Assembly (NCBI GenBank): GCA_973895155.1
Contig: OZ316891.1
Span: forward strand, 18,749,048 to 18,813,047
Source: Marsupella aquatica
Lineage: Eukaryota; Plantae; Marchantiophyta
DNA length: 64,000 nucleotides
Reading direction: 5' to 3'
In this document: piece by piece, positions 1 to 14,543 of the stretch
Numbering within the stretch: the first letter of the stretch is position 1
Layout of the letters: the number at the start of each line of letters is the position of its first letter
Made by a program: the position numbers and the translations under genes
Notes under the pieces: model-generated
What the model was told of the DNA's origin: nothing
The model's input: the letters and a program-made list of their open reading frames with translations, nothing else
The model's database searches: none

Positions 1-103
1 CCATGAACGGTCGCAGGGGAGAGAGCGGCTGAAGAGATGCCAAGGTCCATCCGAGTAGAAGAAAGGTAGCCAGTCCCCACAGATATGGAGTGAGAGAGGC
101 CAT
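1..103 (-). CDS. Probable first coding segment of a secreted/membrane protein, running off the left window edge
   Basis: ATG at 103 in context gcaacgATGG with an upstream in-frame stop. Translation MASLTPYLWGLATFLLLGWTLASLQPLSPLRPFM has a signal-peptide-like hydrophobic core. No homology recognised. Confidence 0.4.
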   Translation of the reverse strand, partial: MASLTPYLWGLATFLLLGWTLASLQPLSPLRPFM

Positions 104-707
104 CGTTGCGACCTCGCGTTGAGCAAACTAGCCTTAACATCAACACCTTGAAGAACCTCACCATAATCGGCGTTACTAGGGAGCAGGATGCGAAGAAGAG
201 TCTATGAGATCCTCATGCTTGATCGGTGCTGTCCACAGCTCTTTTTTAAAGTCTTCTCGGAGTCTTCTTTCATACTTTTGAGAGGAGTGTGCCACAAGTC
301 ACATAAAGGCACTATTTTATTCAAAACAATGGAACTCTGTGTGGAAAACGACGGGACGTCGAGTGACGCGGAACGGACCTCTTCTTCCAACCCTGCCTGC
401 CGTGTACTTCAAAATCATCACCGACTATGGAACGCGTAAGCCACGGTTGTGCAATATTGCATCACTATGCAATTTCCCAACATCTCTTTGCAGCAAGCTC
501 TGCTTGGAATTGTACTTCGACTCCACCCTAGGACCCCAAAGAAACTCTGCTGCACCTCGAGTGAATCTGCCATGATTGTTCCCGGCAACTTATGATTATT
601 TCACGGGTCCTGCGCACCTCTGGTGTACCAGTTATCGTGCCAAGCCTGGACATGGCGAATCAGTGCTGGCATTTTAATCTTCTTGAGACGTTAGATCGTA
701 TCCATCG

Positions 708-1470
708 AACTGAAAGAAGCAGTGTATGTAACTCATCCAAAACGACTTCCGTCTCAATAGCAGTAACTTCTGGAAATGCTTCATGACAGTGAAACAATGC
801 GAGGATTCTGAAGTTGCATCCAAAATGCCCCATGTGCTTGAACAGACCAAAGCATCAAATTTGTCCGGTCAAAGAAACACAAGGTTATTGTACTACTGAC
901 GAAATGCGAGCTAGCACCAGCCAGCTGCATTTGCACTACGAGGATCAAATTGAAAGAGAGAGTGCATGAAACTCATCAAAAAAACTTCCGTCTCATAAGC
1001 AGTAACTTTTGAAAATGCTTTACGAGGGTGAAGCAAAGACAGGATTATGCAGTTGCATCCAAAATGCCCCATGTGCAGGGTGGTCATTACAACTAACCAA
1101 AAGCATAAAATTTCTCCGGTCAAAGCAACTCAAGGTTATTGTACTAATGAAAAAATGAGAGCTAGCATCAGCCAGCTGCATTTGCAAGCCTACAAGGATC
1201 TACAATCATATCGATCTAACTGAAAGACTATGTATGAAAAGCCTCATCGAACAGCCTTCCGCCTCACTAGCAGTAACTTGCTTTACGAGGGTGAAGCAAA
1301 GAGAGGATTCTGCAGTTTCCATCCAAAATGCCCCATGTGCTTGGGGGGTCATTACAACTAACCAAAAGCATAAAAATTCTCCGGTAAAAGCAACACACGG
1401 TTATTGTACTGCTGAAAAAATGAGAGCTAGTATCGGGCAGCTGCTTTTGCAAGCTTACAAGGATCTACAA
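708..1470. repeat. Three imperfect tandem copies of a ~240-270 bp unit downstream of the callose synthase stop
   Basis: The blocks catccaaaatgccccatgtgc, ggttattgtact, gagctag and ggatc recur three times, with units at about 708-947, 948-1217 and 1218-1470. Confidence 0.9.
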
Positions 1471-1719
1471 TAAAGTTGGATCTACATTACTTACAAGGCC
1501 GATGACCCATCTATGGCCAAAAACCCAAGCCTGTTACAGCTTGTACTACTACTAACCCACATGAATGCTATCAAAGAATGAATAGAAGACGTTATTTCCT
1601 TCTATCGACATGTTTTCCCTCGATTGAGATCTATGGAAGAGCTTGTGATTGTACAGATTGAAATTAGATACCTAATGTGACGGCTACCAACTGACTGCCA
1701 ATGTCTTACTTGTCAAAAT

Positions 1720-4700
1720 CTAGACTATATCCTTCCCCGTCAAAATCTTGTTGACATTTAGACCCCTGCTGAAAGCTTCGTTGAACAGTATCCTAGTCTG
1801 CATTGCCTGGAACCCTGGCAGCCATGAGAGAATCGCAACTGGAGTCATAACAAAAATGCCCATCGCCAACTCGTAAAGTCGTGCCACGGCGACCACGACT
1901 GGCCACACTGGAGTATTTTCCAAGAACGGCTTCCTCAGAACTTGACAAATCTGAAGCAGTCCCCATCCAGTAGGAATGAACGCTAGCATGCTGGTGAATA
2001 TGTCCCAGATGGAGAAATTCGTGAAAACAAACAACAGCACAACAGACAATGCCAGCAGCACTATGACCAAAGCTTGAATGCTCCGGTACTTTAAGTGTTG
2101 CTTCGCACCGTATTTAGTATTGGCATATCCTAACACCAAATTAACCACCCCAGCAGCAAATATGTACGTCCAGGATATAAGATACACGATAATGCTGGTG
2201 CTTCCATTAGAGATCTTCAGGCGATAAACAATCCCATACTGAAAGAAAAAGAACCGGAGATCTAAGACGATCTCCATCACTTTCCCCCAGAAGCCTGTTG
2301 AGTTGAAGTGCTCCTGTTCTTCATCCCACCATTTATGCCAGCTCTCAGTGGCCTGTACAAATACCCCACCTTTGTACCATATCCAGGTCATGAAGTCATC
2401 AAAATCCTCCACAGTTTTCAGCCAGTCAAACCCGGATGGATTGAACAAAAAGGGCGCTAATATCCAAGTGATTCCCAAGAACCAGCAGGAGATAGTCGTG
2501 AGAATATAAACAACTGTTGTCTTGCTTGCACCATATGCCTGGTAAACAATGAGCAAGAAAATGATCTCAACTCCCTTGATAAAATGGCTCCGTGCATATA
2601 GTCTGTAATTCGCACTGAATTTTTCGTGCCTTACAACAAATCCACGTCCTGTAGCCCGGTACTTGGCACCACCGTGAAGTATTGTCCGGCCGAAGTAGTG
2701 AGCTCTAGTACCCATGGAGAAAGTGAAGAAAACGGATGCAAGTTGAAGCTGCATAGTAAGAAACTCCCAGATAGCACTGAGAAACCCTTTCTCCAGAGAG
2801 TTTTCCACGATCATGGGTAGAGCCGTCAGTATTCCAATCTGAACCAGAAACTGTTGATTCAGTGCCGCTGAAAGTGCAGTGTTTGACTTAGAGCTACCAG
2901 AGATAGAATCCTCAATACCACTCACAGACAAGTAAACTCGACCCCAAAGATACGCATAGACTGTAAGCACTATTAACATGTTATTGACGAAAAACCCCGT
3001 CGTCGTATAGTAGACCGAAAGCATTCTGAAGAAGTCAAGCCGATGACCAAGACGATATACGTCTCGGCTCAGCATTTGTTCCCCATTTCCACTCGCCACT
3101 TTAGCTTCAAACATTGATATTTGATTTAGACCAACATCACGACCCTTGCCCACCTGAAAGGAGCAACCAGAAAAGACTTCCAAGATTCAGTAAAGATGCT
3201 CGACAATAAGTTTCTGTAGATGTGCTGGTTGCAATTTCCCAAGTATGCCATCACATACCCTTGGCCTTGCTCTTGTATCTAGGAGTAAACAAGACAATTG
3301 AACGACAAGAATTTTCACTACCTTTCAAGTTAACGTCTCTAGCCTGATACATACATATACCAAAAAATACTTGCACAGCCATACTCCGAAATCCTACTTA
3401 CCTAAACCAAAAATATGTGAAAAGATTTACCTGTATGTATTCATGGTGCGTAACAGTGCCTCCCCGCAAAGTGCAGTTAAAACCAGCAAAAATATCTTCA
3501 CTGATATTGATCACTCTAGAAGCCTTGCTCAAACCGCCTCGAGTCATAAACCATAAGCGATCAAACACATCAGGGTGACCATAATGCATTCGAACTTTCA
3601 GGGGATTTGCAAGAACTCGTTGTCCAAGTGTAACAAAGCTTGTTTCTTGGGCAGACATGAACGATGCGAGAGAGGAGACTGCGCCTGTGAATACGTGCTC
3701 ACGGACACCGAGAATAGTGGGCTTTCGAATGCCGTGGTGTCGGTCAAATTCTTGCAGCAAATTACGTACTTTTAGAGCTTCCTCAAAATAGTTTTCCTGA
3801 ACACCACAGGAAGGAGAACATGTTACTACATCGAAACCTTAGAAGAAATTATTTTCAAACACAACGTTGGATCTGCATCAGCTGAAATTTTCCTGAAGCT
3901 CAGCTTATGTTGCGTTTAGAACCGAACCATTATGCCCTCTCTGCACAAACACGAGTTCCAACGACAAATGCACACCTGATTCATGTCGATCGTCTGAACT
4001 GCATCACCCCTGGTAAAGATTAAGGCATGATTTTGATTCTCTGGCTTCCCTTCGCCCAATTTGAGCGGACCAGGTAATTGTACCCTGTAAATCTCTACTT
4101 CCCTCTGGAGTTCTTGATCATACTTGATCAAAACAGAGTAATATCTCTTAGGCTCACCCCTTTCCCCAGCGACTTCGTCTACATATGCCACACGCAATGC
4201 CTCATAAGTCTTCATTAAATGCAATATGTCTGCTGCCTGTTGCTCTCCATTCCTCTTCTGGTCACCATATATTTGACATGCTACTACATAGGTAAACTTC
4301 ATTGAAGCAGTTGCTCTGTCTTGATCTGCATGATGGCCATCGTACATTTCGAGTTCGTGGAAGCTTTTTCGACTGCTACGGTCATATCCGTAGGAAGAGT
4401 GCCTGGATAACCCATTTGCCACTTCCAAATCTAAGCCACTGGTGGTTCTCGATAAAAGCTCTTTGTAACCATCAATATCAACCTCAGATGCAGCATCGAG
4501 GAAAGCCAGCTTCTGCAGTGCCCTGAAATGCAACGATGAACAACAGTGGCAAGCGTTTCTATTAGTTGAGTGATAGGTAAGATATGCACTTCGCATGTGC
4601 CGGGTCTGCTACAAAGACAGGACATACATGATTATCCTAACATATTAAATCAGCCCAAGGTACAACACCGATGTTGATGCCTTCTAATACCCAAGTGTCT

Positions 4701-7700
4701 ATTGACCATCTTGACATGGCCAACCCATCTGTAGGACAGCACCGACATAAGGTATGTAAAGGATTGATGGAGGAAATAATTGTGCCTATCAAGTCTGAAC
4801 AAAGGGTTCTACAGAACGTAACTGTACGTGTATGTATCCCGATCTTTATAGTGGTTTGCAGGACCAGAAAGGAGAAAGGGCGTGCACACGAGGGCTCCGT
4901 TATAAATCTAAAAGCAGTCCAACAATGGTCTGAAATGAAGTGAGAACTTTCTATAAATGCACTGGTTGGGGACTGACGACCAAAATGTAAGGTACCCAGT
5001 AGCTGTCCAAAATCTTTTAGATCCTTCAAAGTGGATCCAGTATTTGCCTGGAAGAGTTCAACAACCAAGTAATAAGCCGAGCCTGCAAAGGAGATAAAGA
5101 ACTTACCTATGGTTGTACATCATCCCACGGACAGTCCGTGCAAGTGTTTGTCCACGGTATGAAGCCCACATGCGCAGTTCCAGTCCATCGTCCACCTCCC
5201 ACATTTTCTTCTCCCACGTTTTCATCTCCGTACCAGTGATGCCTCGACGAGCCATGCGTTCTCGGAAGAACTCCCAGTCATCTGGTTAAATTTGATGAAA
5301 ATTACAACTAAGTCACACATGCCGCTCATACGACCCAACATCAAGGATAAAAGGATCAGACAATGAGTCCTCCTCATTACAAGTTCAGCTGGACATATCA
5401 CCCACTAAGGATGCAGAATTTGTGAGAAAGCTTGGGGCACAACCTGGGAAGATTTTCTGAAGATAGAACAGAGTCGTCACACCATCTTCGTTCCCAATGT
5501 TTAGCTGTTTCTTGTTATACAGAACATCCTCGTTATAGTATGGTGTCAGAACACTGAAAGCAAGCATCTTCTCCACCTGCAGATCCATCCAAGAAGAACC
5601 AACTCCATTAATATAGCCGTAAATAGTGGATCGAAAATTTGCGCAGTTCCAAAATTCAAATAATTACAGGAAGTTTCAATAGAGTTGAATTAAATAAAAC
5701 GTGGTGACTTGGAGATAGGCAAAACTGGATCGAATCAAAAGAACTGTTATCGGGACAAAGGTAGAGACTACTAGGCCAAACTCTGCGACACACAAACTGA
5801 GGAGAGAGCCAACCTGTGGAGCTCGGGGCATAGTCATAAAGAGGGAATTGCTGAAGAAAGACATCCGACGCCTTGCCTCGAGACTTCTGGGCACATTCAA
5901 GAAGGCTACTTTTGTACTCATGGTTGTGCTCAACCTCTTCAATTGATAGAAAAATCTGCCGTCCTCCTCAACTACAGGGAGTTCCACTGCATCGACAAAT
6001 AACAGTGACCCAGACTTGGAAGCTAGATCTCTGAATTTTATTTTAGTATTTTTATCTTTCGGAAAATCGCGGTTCAGCACCTCGTACAAGTCTTGCAACG
6101 CAGCAACTACCTGGAGCAAGACAGATTAGCGTAATGAGGAACAACTCCCAATTTCTAATAGTAATTCCTGTTATTACCCTTATGAGCCAATAAATGTCTT
6201 ACCAGCCTTTACATGGCTGTAAAGAGAAAGTAAGAGAAACAAAAACGACTGGAACTGAAAAGTAATAAACGAATAATGAAAGATACCTTATGAACCTCAT
6301 TCATAAGTGGCCGCGCCAGGAGAACGTTAATCAACTTCATCAGACGATCATGAACATCAGGGAGGACCTTTAGCTTGAAGGTCTTCATAAATCTTTCTTG
6401 ACGGATCGAGTCATCAATTTCTTTAAAAATAACCGGAAATATATAGTAATCCTCACTGTTCTCTCGTATAATTCGCGAAAGCACATGCTTCAGACTTTCA
6501 TAGGATTCAATGACTGCACATCTCCTGTATTCACTGCTGCATATTCTCCTCCACAACCAATGATCACTATGATACCAGTGATGTAGTGGATCACAATAAC
6601 CGAGAGCAATAAGAAGCTGCACATACACGTGAGCATTTTTAGAACACACTTGTAATAGCAATCTAGCAGAAACCCTCATTCCACCCTGGGCATCATAATG
6701 GTCCCAGCTGTTCTCCTTACCAATTGCACTATAAACCAAAGCAACGCTGCCTTATCCTGGAGAATAGACCTAGACGTACCTCATTTGAAAGTAAAATTGA
6801 TGGCCACTGAGTAACTGATATATTCCATCCAGTAGACGGCATCTCGAGAAGCTCTACCTCCCTGCATGGAAATATCCAACCGCACCAGACCAATTAACGC
6901 CTCGAGCTTCTAGATGTTCCACGGTTCCGAAAAAAGGACAACATCGATGAAGAAGTTCTCCATGGTGACCCTCTTTGTACACACAGTACGGACAGTTGCA
7001 AAAACAGAAGTCTAGCTCATATTAAATACGAGGCACATAGATTGGAAGACTATCGACTTCCGAATTTGAAACAAACCACGGTCAAATGTGAAGTAAAACG
7101 ATACGTACTCATCACCGACTATGTCCTCTTCCCTGAATATTCCAATTATCTCATTCCAGACATGCTTGAATTTTCCAACTTCCATACTCTTTGCTCCTTC
7201 TTTCTGCAACATGACATACGATCAGTTTATATCCGCACTGCTGCTCTAACAAAAAATCGGGGTAAGCCTGTTAGATCTTGCTACTGATGAAGTGCCGTAA
7301 GAAATACCTCCTTGACCTTGTGGACACCATAGCGCAGCTTTCCTCGCCTCACAACATCCTTCACTCTTCCCCACCAAGTAAAAAATGGTCTGCAGATACA
7401 TATAATGAGGCAACGAATAAGCGGTGGGACAATAAGCACAACCGGGATCCACCGAGATCAACCAAGGTTATCCGATACAAGCATGGAGGACCAACTTCTT
7501 GTCTAAAGCAAAAGGATGTGTGATCATATCACATACTTTTGTGGCAATAGCCCTTCCTCTGGCATAAGATTGAAGGACACTGCACTGGGGAAAAACCGAA
7601 ATCGTGCCTTCATTTGTTGAGAATTTCTGATCTGCAGAACGACAAACCGGCACACATTAATGACAATTCCAAATGACGTCCTTGCCCAATTCGAGGTAGA

Positions 7701-10700
7701 ACTAGCCAACAGAGTGGAACACTTTCATGACGCCAAGAAACGTCATCAATAGGGAGTACATCTGCTGAGCTGTCCAGGAAAACAAACCGACTAACGTACA
7801 GTCGAGCCCTTTGTAAAATGGACTCCCAAGAGCCAGTAACTGATTTTGAAAATATAAAGTCTCAAAAACAGGAAGGTATGGCGTACCTCTCCAAGATGTG
7901 CCAGTAAACCCCCCAGTGCTCCAACAAGGGCAGAAAAAAGAGAGTACCAGATCTGTATATCCATGAAGTATATCTGCAGAAAACATGACCATAGTCAAAA
8001 TTCCCGGCCCACCGTGACCCTTGCGTCTTCATGGACCAATTGTCTGATAACTTGGGTTGCAACGTTCATTCGACTTAGAGACGGATAAACTCTTCAAAGA
8101 CAGACATTGCAGATTGTAACTATACGACGAAATTAAACCAAACGGCAAATTGCCACAGGTAAACTATAATAGATTACGATGTAGATTGTACCAAGATCAC
8201 AGGAGCCCACGTAAAGACTACGGCTGTTCGATTTGCTGCACAACGGACCATGCCATGAAGTCACACATCAGAAGAAATGAGCATTCTGCCTCGCACAAAA
8301 ACAATACAGATCCCCACGCTCATAATCAGATAATAATCGCAGTGGATGACGTTAGCTCGAAGTGGATTTAAGACTACATACCTCCCTTAAAGAACTGATG
8401 CCATTTATAATGAATAGAACCATCTGGAATGCTCAGGGTACTCCTTGTCGGTTTCACTAAAGGTAGAATCTGACAGAGGACATAAGAAACATCACGCCAG
8501 TCAGCAAACAGTAAGAGCATGGCAAGTATGTTTCAGTTACACACTTGACAGCTTGAAAACTCAAAGTTCAAAAGAAGCTAACGTCAAGACAAGACAATTT
8601 TTCAGATATTTCAGACAGGACAACCCATGATAGAAAAAGCAACAAAAGTGTCTGGCCCGAATACAAAACCCCGAATTATAGACATTATTGGACCTTGATG
8701 ATATAACATAGAGACAAGAACATTTCCAAAAATTCTCTTCGGATCACAGGAAAATGGAGATAACTTCATTATCCCACCTGCAAAAAGTAGCTGAAGAAGA
8801 TTTTTGCTGCAAGAACTAATATCCAGAACAGCGTATACCTGGAACCATCAGTCGCATATTGATCCGTTTAGGTGTATTCAATCTCAAGGAGGGGTTTAGA
8901 AACTCAAAGCAACTATCAACACAGTACGAGTCACTAACAGTACAGTAATGGTTCCGCCAACGGGTGATGTCCTCGTTACCTTTTCTTTCTTACTTACATT
9001 CTGGAAGTTTTATACTAATGTGTCCACCTCAACAACGACACATAGAAAGCAAAGCTATTTGCACAGAAACCAAAGTCAAAGCACTCGAGTGGGCAGGAAG
9101 TCTTTCAAAGGTTATCATACAAGCAAGGTCCAGTTACAGCATCAATACTCACTTAATATTATCAAATAACCCCTCTCGCAGACCGCGTCCAACAAAAATA
9201 CGTCTCTGCAACCAGTATAAAAGTTCTCAGAAACTTCGGCTAGATATTCTTCCTCCAATCAGAATCTTCAAACACAGCTATCCTTTCAATCTAAACTGAC
9301 TGGTTTCTCTAGCTTAACACGTACCTCAAACCACCATGTTAGAAGTGTGATAATTCTCCAGTCTGATGTTTCGAGGGCATTCCGAACCCATGGAATAATG
9401 AAAAGCACCAAAGCTAGAACTTCTGGTGAGATAAACACTCCGGCCAGACCCAGATACACGAATAGGCGCTGTAATGCAGAGTGTGTCCAGCTTCCAGCGC
9501 GGTCTCGCTCAGACCACATGCGACTAATCGCAGTATCAAATCAAATCACAAAGAGTTAATACATCTTTACCAAACAATTGTTTTCTCCGTCATTTGTCAA
9601 AAATAACACAAAAACATCTTACAGGTAACGCGTCTATCCTTTGATCTCATTGAAAACGAAGTCCAAACTACTAGACATTCTCTGGATCGAGTGGTCATCA
9701 CAGATAAAGGACCGTTGTACAAACTTGAAGGGAATCGGAAACAGACCTGTAGTAGACAGCGAAGACGACCACCCAAACACTTGCCGCAACTAATTTCAGG
9801 GTCATTCGGAGTCCAACCCTAAGAGTTCCCAAAGAGATAAGGCTATACTCCATTCCAAAGTCCAAGAAAGCTGCAATACCACCGACCACATTCATGCGAA
9901 TACATCCCACTAATGGCGAGCAAGAAAGAGCGAAACCTCTAGGATCGAAAAAAATGTGAGTTGGACAATAAAACGATAAGAATTTTCTGCGAAACAAGCA
10001 CAGATGCCAAGATCCAAAACATTGCATTCCGAAGTTTTACGTGAAATATTACAATATTCTAAACCCGTGGACAACCACAAGAAAATTGTACAGACCACCA
10101 AATGAGAGCGATAGTGTTCCAATTCATAAAGTTAAGACACTCGCATGACCCTTGTCCAAGCAAGCTCTACATGATGAACAAGATGAGATAAAGCTCAGTG
10201 CTATAAGACAGACAAGACGTGGATTTATGAGAGCTTCACTGAATCATGCTACTTTTTTCACCTTAGGCCTGGCTGATGCCCTTAACTAAGCTCCAAAAAG
10301 TAAATAGACACCTTACAGGTACAGTAAACAAGATCATTTACTATCCACCCAAAATCGCAACGATTTGCAAGAAACAAGCAACAAAAATCTTACCTTGCAG
10401 TACTCGAAGCCCTGCCCACGTAATAAATATGGTCAAGGCTTTAGCCTGTGAATCTCGTTGTGACAGCACTTTCCAGGGTAGTTTATCACTTTCTCCTGTT
10501 CTTTTAGCCTTGCCTTCAAAGGCTACAATAATCATCAACTGCCCGAACAACAACACAAAGAGTTGGCATTGTCAGCACAGTACACATGCCCAAGCTAACT
10601 CGAGTCCCACGGCCTGGGAAATTCAAAGATTGCCTTCAGAAGGTTTTCCTTCCAGATCGACATTTAGACTTACAGCATTTGATAAGTCAGAGTCCAGACA

Positions 10701-13700
10701 TATCACTTAAATCGGTTAACGAGTCAATGCTATTCCGAGTTAAATTCCTGAGTGTCAAACATGGAAATATACCATTCTTCATATGACACGCTGCTGGCTC
10801 AGAATCTTTGAGCTGAAGTGTGCTCAATCGAATCATAACCAACCAACGAAGTAAAGACTCATGCTAACCACTAGTCTTCACATTGCAAGACGTGAGAAAT
10901 TGCCCATACAGATGACATACATTTGGATAAGCATCAATTAAACGCAACAGTCAAAGTGCACGATCAAGTCGAACACCAACGACTCGATTCTGCATAAAGC
11001 CAAGCTGAAAGAAACCAATCTTTGAGAAATGGTTTACAGCTTACTTGCAACAGAAGTATGAGTCCAATCCACACACGGTCAAAGCTATGATATACATTCC
11101 AAAATGATCTCTGCTCCACAAAACCCGTCTTTCCCACCTTTTGCCTCGACACCTTCCCCTGGCAGATTTATTCGACAGACACTGGTTAACATTCAATCGA
11201 GGTTGAACTACAACATTTGTTGAAATAAATGTTTTCAATCCAATTTTGCCCAGTACAGAGCTAGCTCCGCAGCGGACACAATTTACCAGGTCCCCAAAAT
11301 CGGATATACTTAAAAGAAACCCAAAAACATGGCTATAGAATATAGCAGTCCAGCGAGTCTCTTGCGAGAAACAAATAGAGAGTGGTCCATAGATGTCAAT
11401 TCCAGGCAGATCGAAACATACAAAATGTTGGAGAGTCAGCGATACATTCACACAAATTTCAAACCCAATTCATATCCACATGAAGGGGACTTTTTCTGAT
11501 TTGTTCTCTAATAGAGTACCTTTCCTTTTGCAGGCGGAACGAGATAGTTACAACTCATCTCGAGCGGCCAACGCAACTGAGTTAGACATCTCTTGTCCCT
11601 GCAATAATGTTTCCATCATGGACGAGAACAAACTTCATCGCATCATCATCCAGAGACCACTGTACTAACGTAATGGCGTATAAGCACAGTTCAAAAGGTA
11701 CTGTTCGTGATCTGTGCTTATTTCTTCCGCAGGGAAAATTTTGTCTAAACAGCACGTCGAAGTAACTGCAACATGTAGCTTTAAGAAATATAAGACACCC
11801 CATATACCATCAAATGGAGGTACGTAGCAGAGCCATCATCTATATCTAGGAACACGCTATCAGTTTAGTAAATCTCACCAGAAGTACTCATTCATATCAT
11901 CATAATTTCTCCATGCTGAATGGGGAAGAATACCGCTTCCGCTCGAATCTGCCTCCTGAAAAAATGGTACACGAAGATTTTAGCGTCCGGATTTGCTTTG
12001 GTCATAGAAAGGGTTCAGGGGAAAGTCGTTGTCGTGCAAAGAAACTACTAACGATACCAGCAAGAAGGCTTTGGAGAATTAGAATGATAAAATTTTGCCA
12101 CAATCCAATCGTAAAAGTGTTGTGCACACCAAAACATGTTAAAATAGTCTACCGACACAGACGAGGAAATTTTATACCCACCAGACTATGGTTTCACAAC
12201 AAAGGAATTGTTTTTAGCAAAAATACTCTTAGGCTAATGACGAGAGTTGTTGAATAAACTTACAGCTTTAACTACATTGTATATGGGTGTGATAATTTTT
12301 ATTAGAAAACCATCTCTTCCTTGAGACGCTGGCTGAACACGCTGTCCGGCCTCATCCACAGACAAATCAATAATGCTGTTGAGCTCTCCGGCCATCTGCC
12401 ATACACCCAGAAATGTTATGTTATTTATCCAAAGAAAAATTCACAACCCAACCGCCGTTTATATAGTCATAGGGCAGGTACGAAATCTGTCGAAAGCGGG
12501 TTAATTTAGAACAAAAACTTACATTGTGAAATATGAAGCATAAGCATTCGGGCATGAACCGCAAGTTCGCAGCTTCTCCCCAGATGAGAAAGTACAATGA
12601 CGTATACAATAACTCCTTCTGCTCGCTAATTTCGAAATGCCGTCCTTCCAGTTTCCTTCATTGGATAGAAAGTACAAGCTTAGACTATTGGACCACAATA
12701 ACAAACTGTTGTCATAAACTGATCACTTATTTTGACATCATACAATAGGTTGGGCATGCAGTGTGAACCCCACCAACGACAGAGATCTTGGTATGCAATA
12801 AGCATTATGGCAACCAAGTATACTTCATGTGAACTCGCATGTTATTTCCAGTTTACAAAAATAAATTAAATGTGCTTCTACACATTCAACCGACACAGAA
12901 TCTTTGCTTCTACGTTTTCAATGATGTCTTCTGCCCTAACTTTAACATCCACAAAGCTGTAAATATTGTGCAGCAGCAAGAAATGAGGCCACATGTACTG
13001 GGACCCATGATCCTAATGTTCAGAACTTACGCAATGTGATGTTTGATGTGTAGAAAGTGGCACCAGCTTAAGTAATTCTTCGTGATTTTTCTACGCAGGT
13101 CACGCACGACATGATGCACAAGCTGAAATTCCAAAGACCCAAAAACTCAGTCAGTAGGGATTCACAACTCAAGATCAGACATACTGCGTATATCAACGTA
13201 TCAGGAACACCGGCGAAGCTAACAGAGTACAACTCTTCCACTCATGAATGGCCCCCATTAAGTCTTTCAACTGATCCCCGTGTCTGCGATAATGAGACAA
13301 ATTTGGAAATCAAGCAAGCTGGATGAAAACTTGACATCTACCGTCAAATAGGAACAGGGTCATCAAAAAACCAAATCCGAATCACAGGGATATCTGCACG
13401 CCCCATGTGGTCATGCGGTTATCCCACCTGCATTACATCGTGTTCGCCTAACACTGGCGCAACACATACACGAAAGGAATGGAGCTAAGCCGACAGAGAA
13501 ACAACCTTGTCAATGGGATCAGGTGGAGGTTGCAATCGCATTTGAGCATTCGCAAGCAGAAGGACAAGGTGCTCCCGCTGGTTTCTGACATTATCCGCCT
13601 GTAAACACAAAGCCATGGATTTAAAAGACAGCATCCAAGACAACAAATTCCCAACTCTTTCTCTCCTCTCCGCACCACGTACACTCTAGCGTGAGGCTCT

Positions 13701-14543
13701 AATTGACGACGCTAGAAGCTGTCTGGATTTCATAATAATCAAACAGGAACTGATGCGAGAACAAATTCCCAGTAGAGAATAAAACAAGAACAATTCCACC
13801 GAACAAAGGGACTCGAATACAGTCCACACTCTCAATATCAAGTACGCAGCAAGGAAAACTTAAATTCAGATGATGAGGCACCTGGAAACCGAAAGTCAAA
13901 CCAAGCCAGTCAAGCATGTCCATCCCATGCACCCATCCCTCGGGAGGGATCCGCAAATCTCCCACAACTTGCAAGGCCGCTATAGCGGCTCGAACCTGAA
14001 CGCCAAAATAATATTAGTGGCGGGAGACCATATCTTGTCACCAAAATTAAACAACTCGGCTAAACTTTTGATCTATGTAACACGCTGACCAAGTTCAAAA
14101 CTCCTTGAAATATTGTCATAGGCGAAAGGGAGCCAGACTGGAAGCCAAGGGCCGCGATCTAGAATGATTCTCCCCAGTCTGTGAACTGAGGGCCGACTAA
14201 AAATTTGAGGATCATTTATAACCAGTATCATTCAAGCTACAACATTGAAGCAACTGCAGTTGTCCACTGCCGCCCGGTCTTGCTCAATGAGAAAACGCAC
14301 ATCACTAAGTCTCCAAAGCTGACCTAGCCCATACAATCAATTCCAATTTCGAAGCTGTTTCTTGATTTGAACGAAAACCTGGTCACAGACCTCTGGAAAA
14401 TGGAGAGCTGAATGTTCACTGAGTGTGTCATGAACTGGAATAATATTGTAAATGTCCTCTGGTCCACCCATCTTACCTCCCCCGTCCTCCATTGGAGGGT
14501 ACGGGGGATAGTAAGGGGGATCGTCCCTGTAATGCGACATCAT
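1720..14543 (-). CDS. CALS12: Callose synthase (1,3-beta-glucan synthase, GT48), CalS11/CalS12 (GSL1/GSL5-PMR4) type; 28 exons, ~1807 aa
   Basis: Exons (minus): 14543-14391, 13995-13882, 13598-13506, 13122-13031, 12655-12523, 12395-12264, 11955-11879, 11598-11520, 11158-11045, 10538-10394, 9870-9747, 9523-9325, 9205-9153, 8838-8778, 8469-8382, 8235-8192, 7973-7887, 7631-7537, 7389-7308, 7203-7109, 6861-6780, 6616-6287, 6110-5814, 5576-5444, 5281-5107, 4522-3976, 3796-3431, 3153-1720. All are GT-AG and total 5424 nt in one frame. Motifs: IWGEAANLRFMPECLCFIFHNM, GEGKPENQNHA, QTIDMNQ, MHYGHPDVFDR, INISEDIFAG, QVGKGRDVG. The short N-terminus (YNIIPVHD..FPEVRAA..NVRNQREHLVLLLANAQMRLQPPPD) lacks a Vta1-like extension, as in the CalS11/12 clade. 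Confidence 0.95.
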
